Of a DNA stretch of 64,000 bases, positions 22,733 to 35,400 are shown in pieces. The stretch is taken from positions 3,162,001-3,226,000 of the forward strand of contig CM102285.1 of NCBI GenBank assembly GCA_046563655.1, in the 5' to 3' direction. The stretch's first letter is position 1; the number at the start of each line of letters is the position of its first letter. The notes below the pieces were generated by a model, which worked only from the letters and a program-made list of their open reading frames with translations, was not told the DNA's origin and did no database searches. The DNA comes from Yuukianura sp. NJ FZ-2021. Lineage: Eukaryota. The translations under genes were made by a program, and so were the position numbers.

Positions 22733-24309
22733 CTACAGCGCACGTAATTTTGGAATTTTCTTGGCGACAGCATTCAGCGATGCCAAGTGCTCCTTCAGCT
22801 CTTCCCGTCTTTGAACAGCATCTTCTGTTGGATCAGTCAATTCCTTTTCGTTCCCAATATTTGCCGTCTATTTCAAAATTAAACAAAAAAATAAGAATAA
22901 CATAACAGTTTTTTTTTAAGTTTTGTAAAAATTACAACAAAAAATGAAGAGTACCAATTCAATGGAAAGTTTTTCAACGACGTGGTAGACTACAGTTGAA
23001 ATGAGTGCTTTTGGTATGTAATCCTGGTGTGCTTTTCGAACAGAGTTAAAGTAAAGCGTCATCAACCGACGCACAATTTCACATTTACGCTGCTGAGCCT
23101 CCGTATTCCTCGTAGAAACCTCCAAATTAAACAACTCTGGCACGTGGACGTCCTGCATGGTATTAAGCGTTTCACTCACAACCGCTTCAGGGATATTTCC
23201 TACGCTTGGACCGGAAGTTTCTCCAACAGCGGGCCAGTTAACGTCTCCAGTTGAAGCTGATTGGTTATTCGCGCCTCCAGTAATGGCTGCGTCAGTGGCC
23301 CCTGCAAGGGCTCCAGCTAAGGCTCCACTAGCGGCTCCTGTGATTCCTCCACCGAGAGCTCCGGTAAGAGCCCCATTGACGGCTCCTTTGACGGCTCCAC
23401 TTACCGCATTGTTGGCGACTCCACTGATAGTGTTAACGGCTTCACTAACGATACCATTCAGTACATTCGATACACCGTCAGACACAAATGGCGCCGTGGC
23501 GTCCATGTTTGCCCTTGACATTTGCGTGTCATCCAAAAATAGTTGATCAGTGGTGAAGGTCGAGTCAACGTGAATGAAGACATAAGTCAAAATGTTTTCT
23601 TTGACATTTTCGATTTGCTTCGATTCCAAGATTGTTACTTTGGTGAATCCTGGAAGGTCAATCACAGTAAGGTCAACAACGTTGGGAGAATAGACTTTGA
23701 TTGTGATTGGTTTGTTTTGAATTCCTTTGTTTCTTCCCGCCAAGACATCCATTTGTGCTTCAATTTCCTTTTTTACTTCTTCAAAATCAGTGAATCGTTT
23801 ATTAGGAGCGTGAAGAAATTCCACCCATTCTGTTACCATTCAAAACAATATAGACAAAGGTATTAGAATTTTAAATAACGGTTTTTTAAAAATTCTTTTT
23901 AAATAAAATAGTTTTTCGTTTTGAAAAAGTTAAGTTCGTACCATCATAAACCACGGTTGGTTGACTTGCGCCTTGTTCAGTTTCATTTAACTCTTGATGG
24001 ATTTGGTATTTCCTTTTGGTTTGAATCATTTGCACCACGAGAGGGCAGCGTGTCACAATGTTCTTTCCGCGCGGTAGAAACGGTCTTTTAACAAAACTTT
24101 CCAAAACGGAACTTTTTCCAGAACTCTGGTAAAAAATATTACGTATGAGCCGTCCTTCCTAAATTTCCAACGTTATTGTTAGTTATTTTCTCCATTGTTG
24201 AACATACCTGGGTTCCAATTACGGCAACTTGCGGTAATTCAGGAGCCGATAGCCCTGCTTTGACAGCGACATCGTGGATGCTGTTCACAGCTTCAATGAG
24301 AGGGTCCAT
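22733..24309 (-). CDS. Dynamin-1-like (Drp1/DNM1L-related) protein, internally deleted, ~431 aa
   Basis: Exons 24309-24208, 24125-23942, 23829-22955, 22867-22733 (1296 nt, open). Contains [19 protein letters not shown] (G1), FLPRG..IVTRCPL (G2), LTVIDLPG (G3), and a GED-like [29 protein letters not shown]...RREELKE. G4 TKxD and most of the middle domain are absent. Confidence 0.8.
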
Positions 24310-27300
24310 ATTGTTCTCCGTTGTTCAACTTATGTTCAAATGATCTTCTCCAAAGTATGCGAATCTCTGATCACTTTTAGGAGGTTGTGTATTTCAAATG
24401 CATTCAAACAACTGCACTCTGCTTGCATTTTGTACAATTCCAAACTTCCGCAGATTTTACGCAATCACGGATGAACCACTCGACTTTCAAAGTTAACAAA
24501 ATCCACTTTACAACCAACCCAAAATAACTCACTACTACGAAAAGATAATTTTGCAATGACGACAGTTTAATTTTATAGAAGTAAATTTTAGAAAGGACGC
24601 AGACGTGGCGAATGACTCAAACCATTCATTCATTTTGCTAATCACTTTTATCTTCTACACATCGTCATTGTCTGTTTCTTATTAAATGGCACGACAGATT
24701 TCGCTGGATATGTTCTAATTTGGTTCAATCGGTTGTGAATGATAGGTGTACCAAAAATACTCTCAGCGTTTGCTTGAAAATATCGTTCGGCTTTGGACCT
24801 AAACTCTTAATTTTGGTTTATTTTCGCACTTTTAGACTTTTGCCTGCATCATTTGTATAGGAGCTTATGCATTTCGAGGGTAATACATACTGGGCAATGG
24901 TCAAACGACCGAAACACTTGCATGAATTTCAGATTCCAACTCACAAGATGCTTTCGCACCTCATATGGTGCTATTTGTTCCAAATTAAAAAAAAATACGT
25001 TCTCGTTTTCGAAATTTTGATGATAATGGCATTATAACTGCATCTTATGAATGGACGTATAGCTGAATGATGTAAGTCAAAGGTGATTTAAGTGACCACT
25101 AAACACATTTAAAAGTAATTTCAATTTGTCAAAATTAAAGGTCAAGACTATTTCAAAATCTAAGACCAGAAAAAAAAACTGCAAGCTAACACTTTGTTCT
25201 AAGGAGAAAGCAAAAGTACTTCCAGGAATACCAAATGCCTAACCAATTTCCATGGTCCGTTTAATATCTAATTGGGTTTCATTTTTAACAACGGGCGGAA
25301 GATGTGTTTAAGAAAAGGCGGTGACTGAGGCGGGAACTTTTAAAAAAACCAAAGCTGATGTAGCCTTGTCATGCAACCGTTTACACTGTGAATGATACCA
25401 ACCGGAGGTTTGATCTGAAGGTGAATAAGGGCCCTCTTTCATTTAAATTAGGTGCTTAAGGGCCATAGTCCACTCAAGAGGGTACTTTGTAAAAGTAAAT
25501 GTCAAAAAGTGGATACAATACAGAAGGAAAGCCTCGACATGCAATTCTGATTCACACCGAAGCAAGGCTACAAAAAATTCATGAGCTCGTGGGAAAAGAA
25601 TTTCCAAAATTCTTTGAAATTTTCGGTTTTCAAACTTTTTTTTTAAATGTCCTGCCGGACTAACAAGCAATCTTACTGAAGCAAAAATACGCTTTTGACC
25701 CAAAGATGTGATTATGATTGTTCTAGCTCTACTCCAAATACTAAAAAAGTAACTTATGGATAACGCATTGGTTTGTCACAACTAAAATTTTCAAAATTTA
25801 TCTAGCAAATTTTATTTATTTTTCTTTCTTTGCATTTCAGCAAATCTCCAGCACATGTGCTAAATATTTTGAGCTTTGTTTAAGATATGCAAGGATTTCA
25901 CACCGTTTACAAGTTGCAAGAACATGACGATGCAAAAAGCTTGTGTAAGATGGATGGCATCGGTTCAAGGGATAAGTCTTGAATAATTTACGGTGTCGCA
26001 GGGTGAGATCATAAATTCATGTCAAGTGGAGTCGACGATTTCAGAAGGTTGTCAAGAAGCCTTACTTTGGAACACATGGAATCGAGCATCTCAGGATCAT
26101 AAGACGAATCGGATTTGAAACGACCAATGTCACATCTCACATATGCTCTATTCTGCAAGAAACTATCCATAAGTCCCATTTCTGGAATGCTGCATGACAC
26201 AGCACATAAGGGGTCAACATAGGCCCTCAGAGGACATACAGTTAATCGTGTGTTCAACAATCATCCATCTAGTCTGCTTGATCTCGATTTCCAAAATGTC
26301 AAAATGTTCATTTGGTGCTGTGCTGTATGTTCCATCTTAAATCTTGGTCATGACAAGAAGTCTTTTTTAGCTCGACTTTTAAACGCCCACGACACTGTGA
26401 AAACTGTGATCTTGATCACCGCCTGCCAAAACTTTAAACCAATCGATTCAAACGAAAAGAACTAGAAATGGTTTTTAAGAGTTTATGAGCAGAAGCAGTT
26501 TCGAATCAAGATTGAAAGTCACAGCAGGACTTTTTGGCGCGCAGGAAAAGTCGTGATGAAAGAAAATCTTTAAGTTTGATCTCGTTTTCAAAAATACCCG
26601 CCATGAAATGAAAGTCAAACTCGAAGCTTCTGAAGCTACAGAAACAGTGGTAGCATACCGCATAGAGATTCGTGGTGACCTTTGACCTTTCATTTAGAAT
26701 GCCAACGGTTCTGAATGATTTTGTTGCAGACAACAAAATCTAGGTTTTGTTGAACGGAGCAAACTAACTTCTGGTGCTGAAAACTTTTTTTTAGTTTAGT
26801 AGGATTTTGCTTTTTAGCATTTTTGTGAGCTTTGTAGAAGACTTTGTTTACTAGCGGAGGGCTGAAGCGTTTTGGCTAGGTTATAAAATGACCTAACCTT
26901 GGCATTAAAATTGATCTGTGTTGATCTTTGAATTCAATAATAATTTCCTTATGCCTTGCAGCAGGTAAACATTTAGGAATGGATATTTGATAGTTTATTC
27001 TTATGCAAGGTAATGACTGAACTGGTTTACAGACAGGACCTCACCTCTTCTTAATTGCAAACTGACGAGAGTGCAGTCAGAGTCAAAGGCACATCATGAT
27101 GGACGGATAAAAATCATATTTAGTGATGCATATTTGACTACGTTTAAATTCCTATTTCAGTGGTTGCCAATTCTGTTAAGATAATTGCTCTCGATAAATT
27201 TTAAATTACGAACACATATTGACCAACATATTGAACCTCGTTTATTCGTTGCGAAGGATTCAGCTAGATTGATTTTTACGGTCTTCAGGAAGCAGTGAAG

Positions 27301-29425
27301 TATTCAGAAAATTCTCAACATGGAAATTTTCAATTTTTTTTAAGAAAAACTCTTCTCCTGTTGGTTTATTTTGAAAATTGACGCCTTCATTTGCACTTGG
27401 TATTACACAGCAGCAATATTTTTCAAAATTAACAATTTGGTCACAAGTCATCTCAACAGTGTGTGCAAAAATAGCTTCAGTTCTACCATATTCACACTTG
27501 AAGGTCGACAGGAATTGGTATGATTCTGACACTAGTATTTCAGTTGACCAAACTAAAAGATGAACTTTTCAAGCCCTAGAGAGCTCCAGCTACTCAAAAA
27601 TTTCACTTTTGCTTCATTCATTTTCATTTTGGTTAAAACGAACGCCCATTTCTAAAAAATTTCTAAACTCTTATTTTTAAACTCGGGCTTCTTTTGTGTC
27701 CTTGATGTGGCTTTGCTGAACGACAACGTCGGCGGAATATTAGTTTCCGTTTGAGATATAAAATATCTGAATCGTTATGGTTATAAGGCGGAGGTGTACA
27801 TCAATGTAACGTCACCGAAAACGGCAACAACTGAATTCATCAATCAACGACTAAAATTTTGTAGCTCATGAATTGAGTGATGCATCGTGTGATGAGAACT
27901 GACTTGTGGGGGATACCTGTCTTTTGGTTTGGTTTGACCTGAGGTCACTCACTCCAAAATATTATTACATTGAACTGAATAGGAAACGGCATCAAAGCCA
28001 TACTGGCTTCGCCCTTCCTCTGTTGGGAAGAGCCTCTCAGGTCGTATCAAGTCGTGCATCTTCATTCGGCATATAAATTTTTTACAAGAAACTCATGTGT
28101 ACCATACCTTCCACATCTTTTTTAGGGTTCAGAAAATGCATTTCACCGAAAGAACAAAGGCTAAGGCTAATAAGAGTTCACCAAAATTCATAAAACAAAA
28201 TTTATTTAATTTTAGATAAATCTAAAAACTGAAAATATGAGAACAATAAAATATATTTAACTGTAGCTCAAAATATTGTCGCAAGTATTGTAAACTATAT
28301 CACTGTACAATTAGTTTTAAATTAATTTTATACATCCAAATATATTATGTAATTCGTAACTTTTCATTACTTTATATTTTATTGCCTAGAGGAGCAGCGA
28401 ACTTTGCGGAGTCTTTCGTCCTAAGCCAATGAGACTCAAGTACAACCAAAAATTAATTAAACTTATTTAATAAAATTATTTAACTCGAGACAACTAGTAA
28501 TTTATTTAAATTGAACTAAATCATATTTAATTCAGTACAACATTAGGAGTGATAACTCCAACAAAGTTGTTCTAAAAATTTTCAAACATAAAAGTGTAAT
28601 TAAAATAAATTGTAGTTTTTCTAGCACGGGAGACCGATTTTTACCGCTCCAAATTGAACAAACCATTGCACCATTATTTTCAATTTAAAAATTCAAAACT
28701 CATTTTTGAATTCAATTTTAAGTAAAAACTAAATTCCAGGAAAGCTCCAAGAAAATTTTTCGAAAGTCGAAAAGTTCGGAGATTATTTGAGTAAATTGAA
28801 AAAAATAAATTAAAATTCAGAGACTTCCCAAGACAAGTTTTTCACCTTGGAAAAAAACCAAGGTTCTGCGCAGCAGCAGTCAGTGCAAAAAAAATTAAAA
28901 ATTTATTTTTAGCACTGGCTCACTATGCTGCAAAAAATAATCTCCGTCAGTTTGTAAGTTTGCAAACGTTGTTGCAAATTGTCTTAGAGAAAAAAAAGGA
29001 CTTAAGACGATGAATAATTGATAAAAAAACAGGTATTGATGGTAAACGTCCATCGTTTCTGAACGAAAAGTGGATTTCTAGGCGTAACCGGACACTTATG
29101 GACGGTCATCCATGAACAAGGACCGGGTGGATGGTCACTTATCGTCCACTTTCATATAAGTACAACGTAGGTCATGCATTTCGACCGTAATTTGGAATCT
29201 CTGGATATCCACCGTTCGCAAGTGACCGGCCACTAAAAACATACTCGTCCCTGAAGAAACTCCTACGTCGTCCATATTTGTCCGTACAAGAAAGTGCGAG
29301 AACCTCTCTGGTTGTCCCGAGTATAAGTAGAAATTAATCAACAAAAAGTAAGAAGAAGAAGAGGGAGAATTTAATTAAGTTGGTCTAAGGTTCGAATGAT
29401 GATGGATTTTTCGTCTCCTAACAAA

Positions 29426-32400
29426 TTAAATATTCGCATCACATGCTTCCGAGAGAGCTTTGAAGATGAGACTAGACGAAGAGTCGGGGATTGGAGTTTG
29501 CGTTCCTTGGTATTCTCCAGACAGTGGTCCAGCCTGGTCGTTGCTATCAGAATTTGTATTGGTTGGACTCGTGTTGTCATAAGACAGAAGCTCAGGAGAG
29601 TCAACCTTGAGGCCATAACCGTAGTAGGAGTTGTGATTGGCATCGATAGGGGCACAGGGGTTACTTTGAGCCAGGAATTGGCCATGACCGTGGTGGTAGG
29701 GGTGATGGTGATGCTGAGGTAGACTGTAGTGAAAGGCCTGTTGGTAACCTTCTGTCCCGTAGCCATGGATACCGTCGTAAGGATCCCGTTCCTCTTCACC
29801 TTGACTTAGCCAAGAGGCGACGTTGCTCAGTCCTGCGCCGTAGTGTTGTTGTTGGTGTTCGTACTGAGCATAAATGGCCTGCGTGGACTCGAACATTCCT
29901 TGTTGCATGTCACTCTGATGATATTGACGGACATACTGGTCCTGGTGGAGATATTGATGTTGTTGTGGTGGTTCGAGGTGGTGGGGCATTTGAAGTTGTA
30001 CATTGGCGTTGGTCGTTGGAGCAACAGTGACCGTGGGGCCTGCAGAAATATGGAACGCAGCAAATGGAGCTGACGTGCGTAAATAGTTTTTGGATCCGAA
30101 CTTAGAAATGAGCTGATGTACTGGACTGCCCTTGGGACACGAACGATCTGCTTCTGAGGAAGACGTAGAATTCAAACCTTCGCGGTCAGACGTTTCCAGC
30201 GGTGACATTTCTGGAGTAGGCAAGTTGACCTGGTCTTGCCCGTGTATGTGACGCTGTTGACCGTGAACGTCGAGGGTATTGGATTCGAGGATCTGAGGAC
30301 TTTGAAGCACCGCGCCGCCTGCCGTGCCTAAAATATCAACATTTGCTAATTACTTTGGTTTGCTAATTTTAATTATTTCTAGTTTCAAAAAAAAATCAAA
30401 CTCAACGCGGCAAAAAAAAAGAGTTGGACTGTTAAAACTGTAGACTTTAGAGTTTTAAGTTCGAATGTTGGAAATTCGGAATTCTGGACGCCAATTTTAA
30501 AAATATCGTAAATACCGTACCGTTTTGAAGGGCTATTCGGCGGTATTCTGGGTTCGATACGGATTCCGGATCCGGATCCGGACTCGCATTCGGACTTGCA
30601 TCCGGTGTATGAAATCCCGGAAACGACTCTGCTGAGCCATTATTTGGATACTCCTGAACAGGGTGGGACGATATAAATTCGTTCGGTCTGCGCCCACACC
30701 TCTTCGTTTGCTTCCGCCTGCGCGGACGATACTTGTAATTCGGATGAGTCTGCATGTGCAGTACACGCAGGCGCTCGGCGTCTTCGACAAACGGTCTCCG
30801 CTCATTGATTGTCATGGCCTTCCATCTCTTGCCTAAAAATTCCAAAAAACAAGAAATTTTGAAAATCCTGTTTGAAAACATAAACTCATTCTCTCAAACA
30901 CTGTTTTCAAGCCTAAACTTGCTCAGAACCCGACATGCCTTTAGTGACATGGTTCCAAGGGTGTGGGGACAAGGGTCCCTTAAGGACCCTTGCTGTTCCT
31001 GGACTCCTAATGAATGTGAGGACTTGAAGATGAAGTGGATGGACAAGGAATGGTTCATTAATCACAGAGGGCAAAGAAGTAATTGTCCAGAGGATGAACA
31101 ACTATAAGCTACGATGTACTGCTAAGTTTCAGAGGGTGTCAATCAGAGAGATGAGATCATTACTCATGGAAAGGAAGGAGAGTTGCGCAGTTCTTGAGAC
31201 CCCTTGGGGCACTTCATCATCAAAAATATATCCGGCCGTCGTCGTCCTCAATACACCGTGTACAAGCCTTTTACACGTTGGATTTTTTCAAAACTTTGAT
31301 GAAATGGCAGTTGAATTTTTTCTTTCAAACCTTCGAGCCAAAAAGTACATTCTTGGCCATACGGGCTATTCTTAGCCTCTCAAAATCCCTTCCTCATGCA
31401 TAAACATTAATTGTCCAACTTACGCAACGATTCAGGAACTGCGACACAACTCAACAGTGAACAGCATGACATACCTCGTACCTGTGTCTCATTCACTCAC
31501 TTAAGACACTTCGGCTATGGCTTAAACTTTAATCCACTCACCAAACCATGCAAAAATGCTGTGACTAAGGCAAGATTACGGGTCAATTTGTTCCACTTGT
31601 TCGGTTGGTTCAAATTTAGTGGAGCATAAGCTAGTCATCTGTGACTTGAACAAACTGCGCATACGCCTCGGTCACATATCTTAAAATTTTGTAAACTCCA
31701 TCAAAGTTAAAAATTTCAATTCATGTTGTCTGACGTGTTATATATTTAAAAAAAAACCTACCCCCAGAAGAACATAAAGAAATTTTCAAAAAATGAGGAA
31801 GTTTGAAAAAAAAATTTGCAAAGCTTTTACACTTTAAATTTCTTAGGAATGATACCATTCAGAAATTATTTTTTTTTACTAGAAAAACGCTCAAAACGTG
31901 AAGAGTTTCAGAGATTGAGTTTGATGAGTTTTGATTTTGGTTTTCTGACAAAATTTTAAGCTCATCAAAATTTGCTTGGAATTCCAAAATTCCAAAGTAG
32001 ACAAAGCTTATGAAAAGTTAATGTGACTAATTTCAAATTATCTTTTTTTTTCATTTCCAACAACAACTGATGCGTTTAGGAAAGTTCCAGACTGGAATCC
32101 ATCGAATTTCGAATTTTAAAATTTGATTTTGTCGTCGGAAACCGGTTCGCACAAGCCTATTGACGTGCATACTACACTTGTCACCAATTTCTAATCAATG
32201 ATAAGTAGAAGCATGCGTTCGGAAACCATAGTTGCTATGTTTATCTTGTCCAATGTGCTAAAGTAAACACCGAATCTAATACAGTCATGAGGAGTTCGCT
32301 TTTTGTTTACCATAAAATAACTTTAGTAAAAAAAAACTGTCCTGATATTTTGACAAGTGCTTCAAATTGGTTTCTAATCTTTGATACACTTCCAGGGAAG

Positions 32401-35400
32401 TGGAATAAAACCTAACAGAAACCTACAGTTAAGTTTCAGCATCAAAATCAAATGACGCACTACGCAATAGTCTCTTCAAAACCACTAAAATCAGTCTATC
32501 ACCTTCCTTTTGTTTGCATCTCTCAGAGCTTCATCCAAACTGTCCATTTAATTTTCATTGATTAACTTGTCACTTCCCATACATATCCATTTCTAATTCC
32601 ATACCACTGAATCAGTTCCGTCAACTCAACAAATCTGGGTTATAAAAGATAGGAGATTGAAAACAAACAAAAAATAGAACAACGTCCTGCTCCAGTTCCT
32701 GTTCCATCGAAATCATAAATCGCACAAGAAAAAAAAAAGATTTCTAGCGAAACTTTTTTAATCCAACGTTTCGTGCGAAGAAGTGAAAACTTTGTAGATA
32801 AAACAATTCATGATCATGATTTTAGCAGAATTTTCGACGATTCCTAATGAACCAAATCCCACACACTTCGAAATCGGCGATTTTGTAAGATTTTGAATTT
32901 AGAAACTGACGGTTTCGAAATATTTCGGATTCAGACGTTCACGATTTCTAAAGATTACAAATTCGGGCATTGACAATTTTGAATATTCCAAATTTTACAA
33001 TTTGGAAATCAGGAAGGATCTCAGAAATTCAAAAGAAATGAAGAAATTCAGAAATTTAAAATTTTTGTCATTTCTAATTGAAGCATATTTTATGGTATGG
33101 AAAATTACTGCTCCAATTTGCCACTACTAACTTTCGTAGCAATGAAGTTTTAAGTGTTTTTGATTCAAGGACGAATGAATTCCAGCAGAAGGCGAGTAAT
33201 TAAACTTGCGTCAGTTAAATCAACCATTAACAAATTTTAGTACAGCGCAGGCGCCGAGCACGTCCCTCGTGATGAATCACCGAAAGCTTTATGCTCCTAA
33301 ATGAAACTTTAACTTTAATTGCATTTAAAGTAAAGCTATGAACGTTGAAGGAAGGTTGTACTGGCTCCTTGGAGTGCCAAATATTGGGAAGAAATTTCTG
33401 ATGTGTCCTACTGAGCTCCACGTGCGGTCAATGGATATGGATTGGGATGAATGATTTCTTTTTTCAAAGACGACAGAAGATGAGCATTTTTTGTGTTTTC
33501 GACTCAGGTCGTCCTTCGTTCAAGAAAACATCAGTTTGGATTTAGAAAAGTTTAATTTGAAAAGGGAAACCCTTAAAGTCTAATATACAAAGGAAATAGG
33601 GGGCCCTTTAAGTCCCTACAAAGCGACTTTTTTCGTTTCTTGAAAAATTCAAGTCCTCCCAGATGAATCTCGACGGGAATAAATGAAGATGGTCTCTACC
33701 TCACACTGACTCGACACATTACTCAAGAGAGGCTTCTCTCAAAGGTGTAAAATTATCAAAGTCAAATCAAAAACAGAGTAAAACACACCCTCTGCAACCA
33801 ATTAATCATGCATTTAGGTTAGACGTAACACATTAACCAACAAAGCTAAACTAATTCTGGCCTAACCTAGCTTAACCGACTCCGCCTAAACCTAAACAGC
33901 GGTTAAAGTATCAACTACACCCGGCCTAACTAATGTAAATTAGAAGAAAACAAATACGACATAACCATCCCAACACTAATTCAAAGTACTCAAATCTTAC
34001 TACACAAACTAAATCTAACCTAACTATGTTAATGTCAATTTGTTAATTGAAAAAAAATTGCAACGTTTCTTCGAGGACGAAAAACTTGAAAACACAAAGC
34101 GAAAAAAAAGTGAAACTTTGGCTTGTCCCATGCCCGAGAGTAAACAAAATTTCCAGATTACTTGAGAAAACTTCTTGAGTTTGAGATTTATTTTTACCTT
34201 TGGAAAAATTCAGAAAACAACACTCCAGGATTTTTTCGTTTTAGTATTTGCAGACTCTCGAACTTGCTAGACCGATTGTGGCCTTCCTCATCCACTTAAA
34301 ATTGGCAAATCTTCTAAGTGTTAGACTCTAAGGTGAAGGTGAGACTTGACCGATTAGAAATTTATTTAGTCGCATCAGTCAAGTCTCAAGTAGTATAGGA
34401 CTTTAGCACTCACTTGCAAATTTTAGGTTCAGAAGGTGCAAAATCCTGGAGATTCGCAATTTGCAAAAATTTGATTCCAAATCGTTCACGTCTGTGTTGT
34501 CTGCAGGGTGAATGAACTTTCATTGTACTTTAGGCTTTTGGACTATTTTGATTTCTGGATTATTGACATTTGGCATATGAAAATTCGAGAAATTCTACTC
34601 GCATGACTTTTGATTCTTTCCAATTTTATCTGAACTCTCAACTTCACGGAAAAATTCTTTCAACTTTCAACCTCAAAAGAGAAACCAAGTCCGAAATTAT
34701 TACATTTTAGATTCCTGCTCATGACTCGTTTCTACAAATGCCAATAAGAAAAAAGTTCAAATATCGAAAATTCAAAAAAAAAATTAATTTTTGCGAGGAG
34801 ATTCACCTCTACACTCGTCTTGCGTCAGCTACAGGATGCTGCAAAAATACACATGAAAAATCTCCTTCTACAACGTAATATTGATAAGGAAACCAAACTT
34901 AGAACAGGATATTTTCCTGCCAAAATACAAATATATATTTTTATTAACTAAAAGTTAAGTATGATACTCCAATACTCCATGCCTTGGCATATAATTCAGA
35001 AGTCTGCAAAAGCAAATATTGATCCTCCAAAGCTTTATATTCTCGTTCTATTTACGAAAAAGACTAAACTAAAGAAAAAAATTTAGCGTTTTTTTCTTTT
35101 TTTTTTTCTCACTTGAAAAGATTCAAAGACCAAATTTCAATATTGACTTTTGTTTGCAAATTCAAAACGGAAAAAAAGAGGAAATATATATTTTCACTCT
35201 CCGAAGATTTCCGGACGTTGCACTCATTTTTCTAAAAAATAATTCAAATGAGAAACCTGGAAAAAAATTCGGTTATTAAAATTCAATCCGTTTTTGAAAA
35301 AAAAAAACAGAAAGAGAATTCTACTCTTAAAAGTTTTCCAAGTAAAAAAAACCATAGCAAACGTGTATTTATGTTTTAAACGTTAAACGCAATACTACTT

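Noticed and set aside
25900..27600. Short ORFs and coding-like composition (26009-26260, 27260-27532 etc.)
   Set aside because: Frames are broken by stops, there is no recognisable domain, and I could not build a consistent splice model; it may be a decayed gene or TE.
11109..30805. Antisense ORFs overlapping CYP307, the dynamin-like gene and SoxF exons
   Set aside because: Shadow frames of real coding exons.
31152..31161. TGAGATCATT matches the 5' end of bantam
   Set aside because: Only 10 nt match, the rest diverges, and no hairpin was seen.
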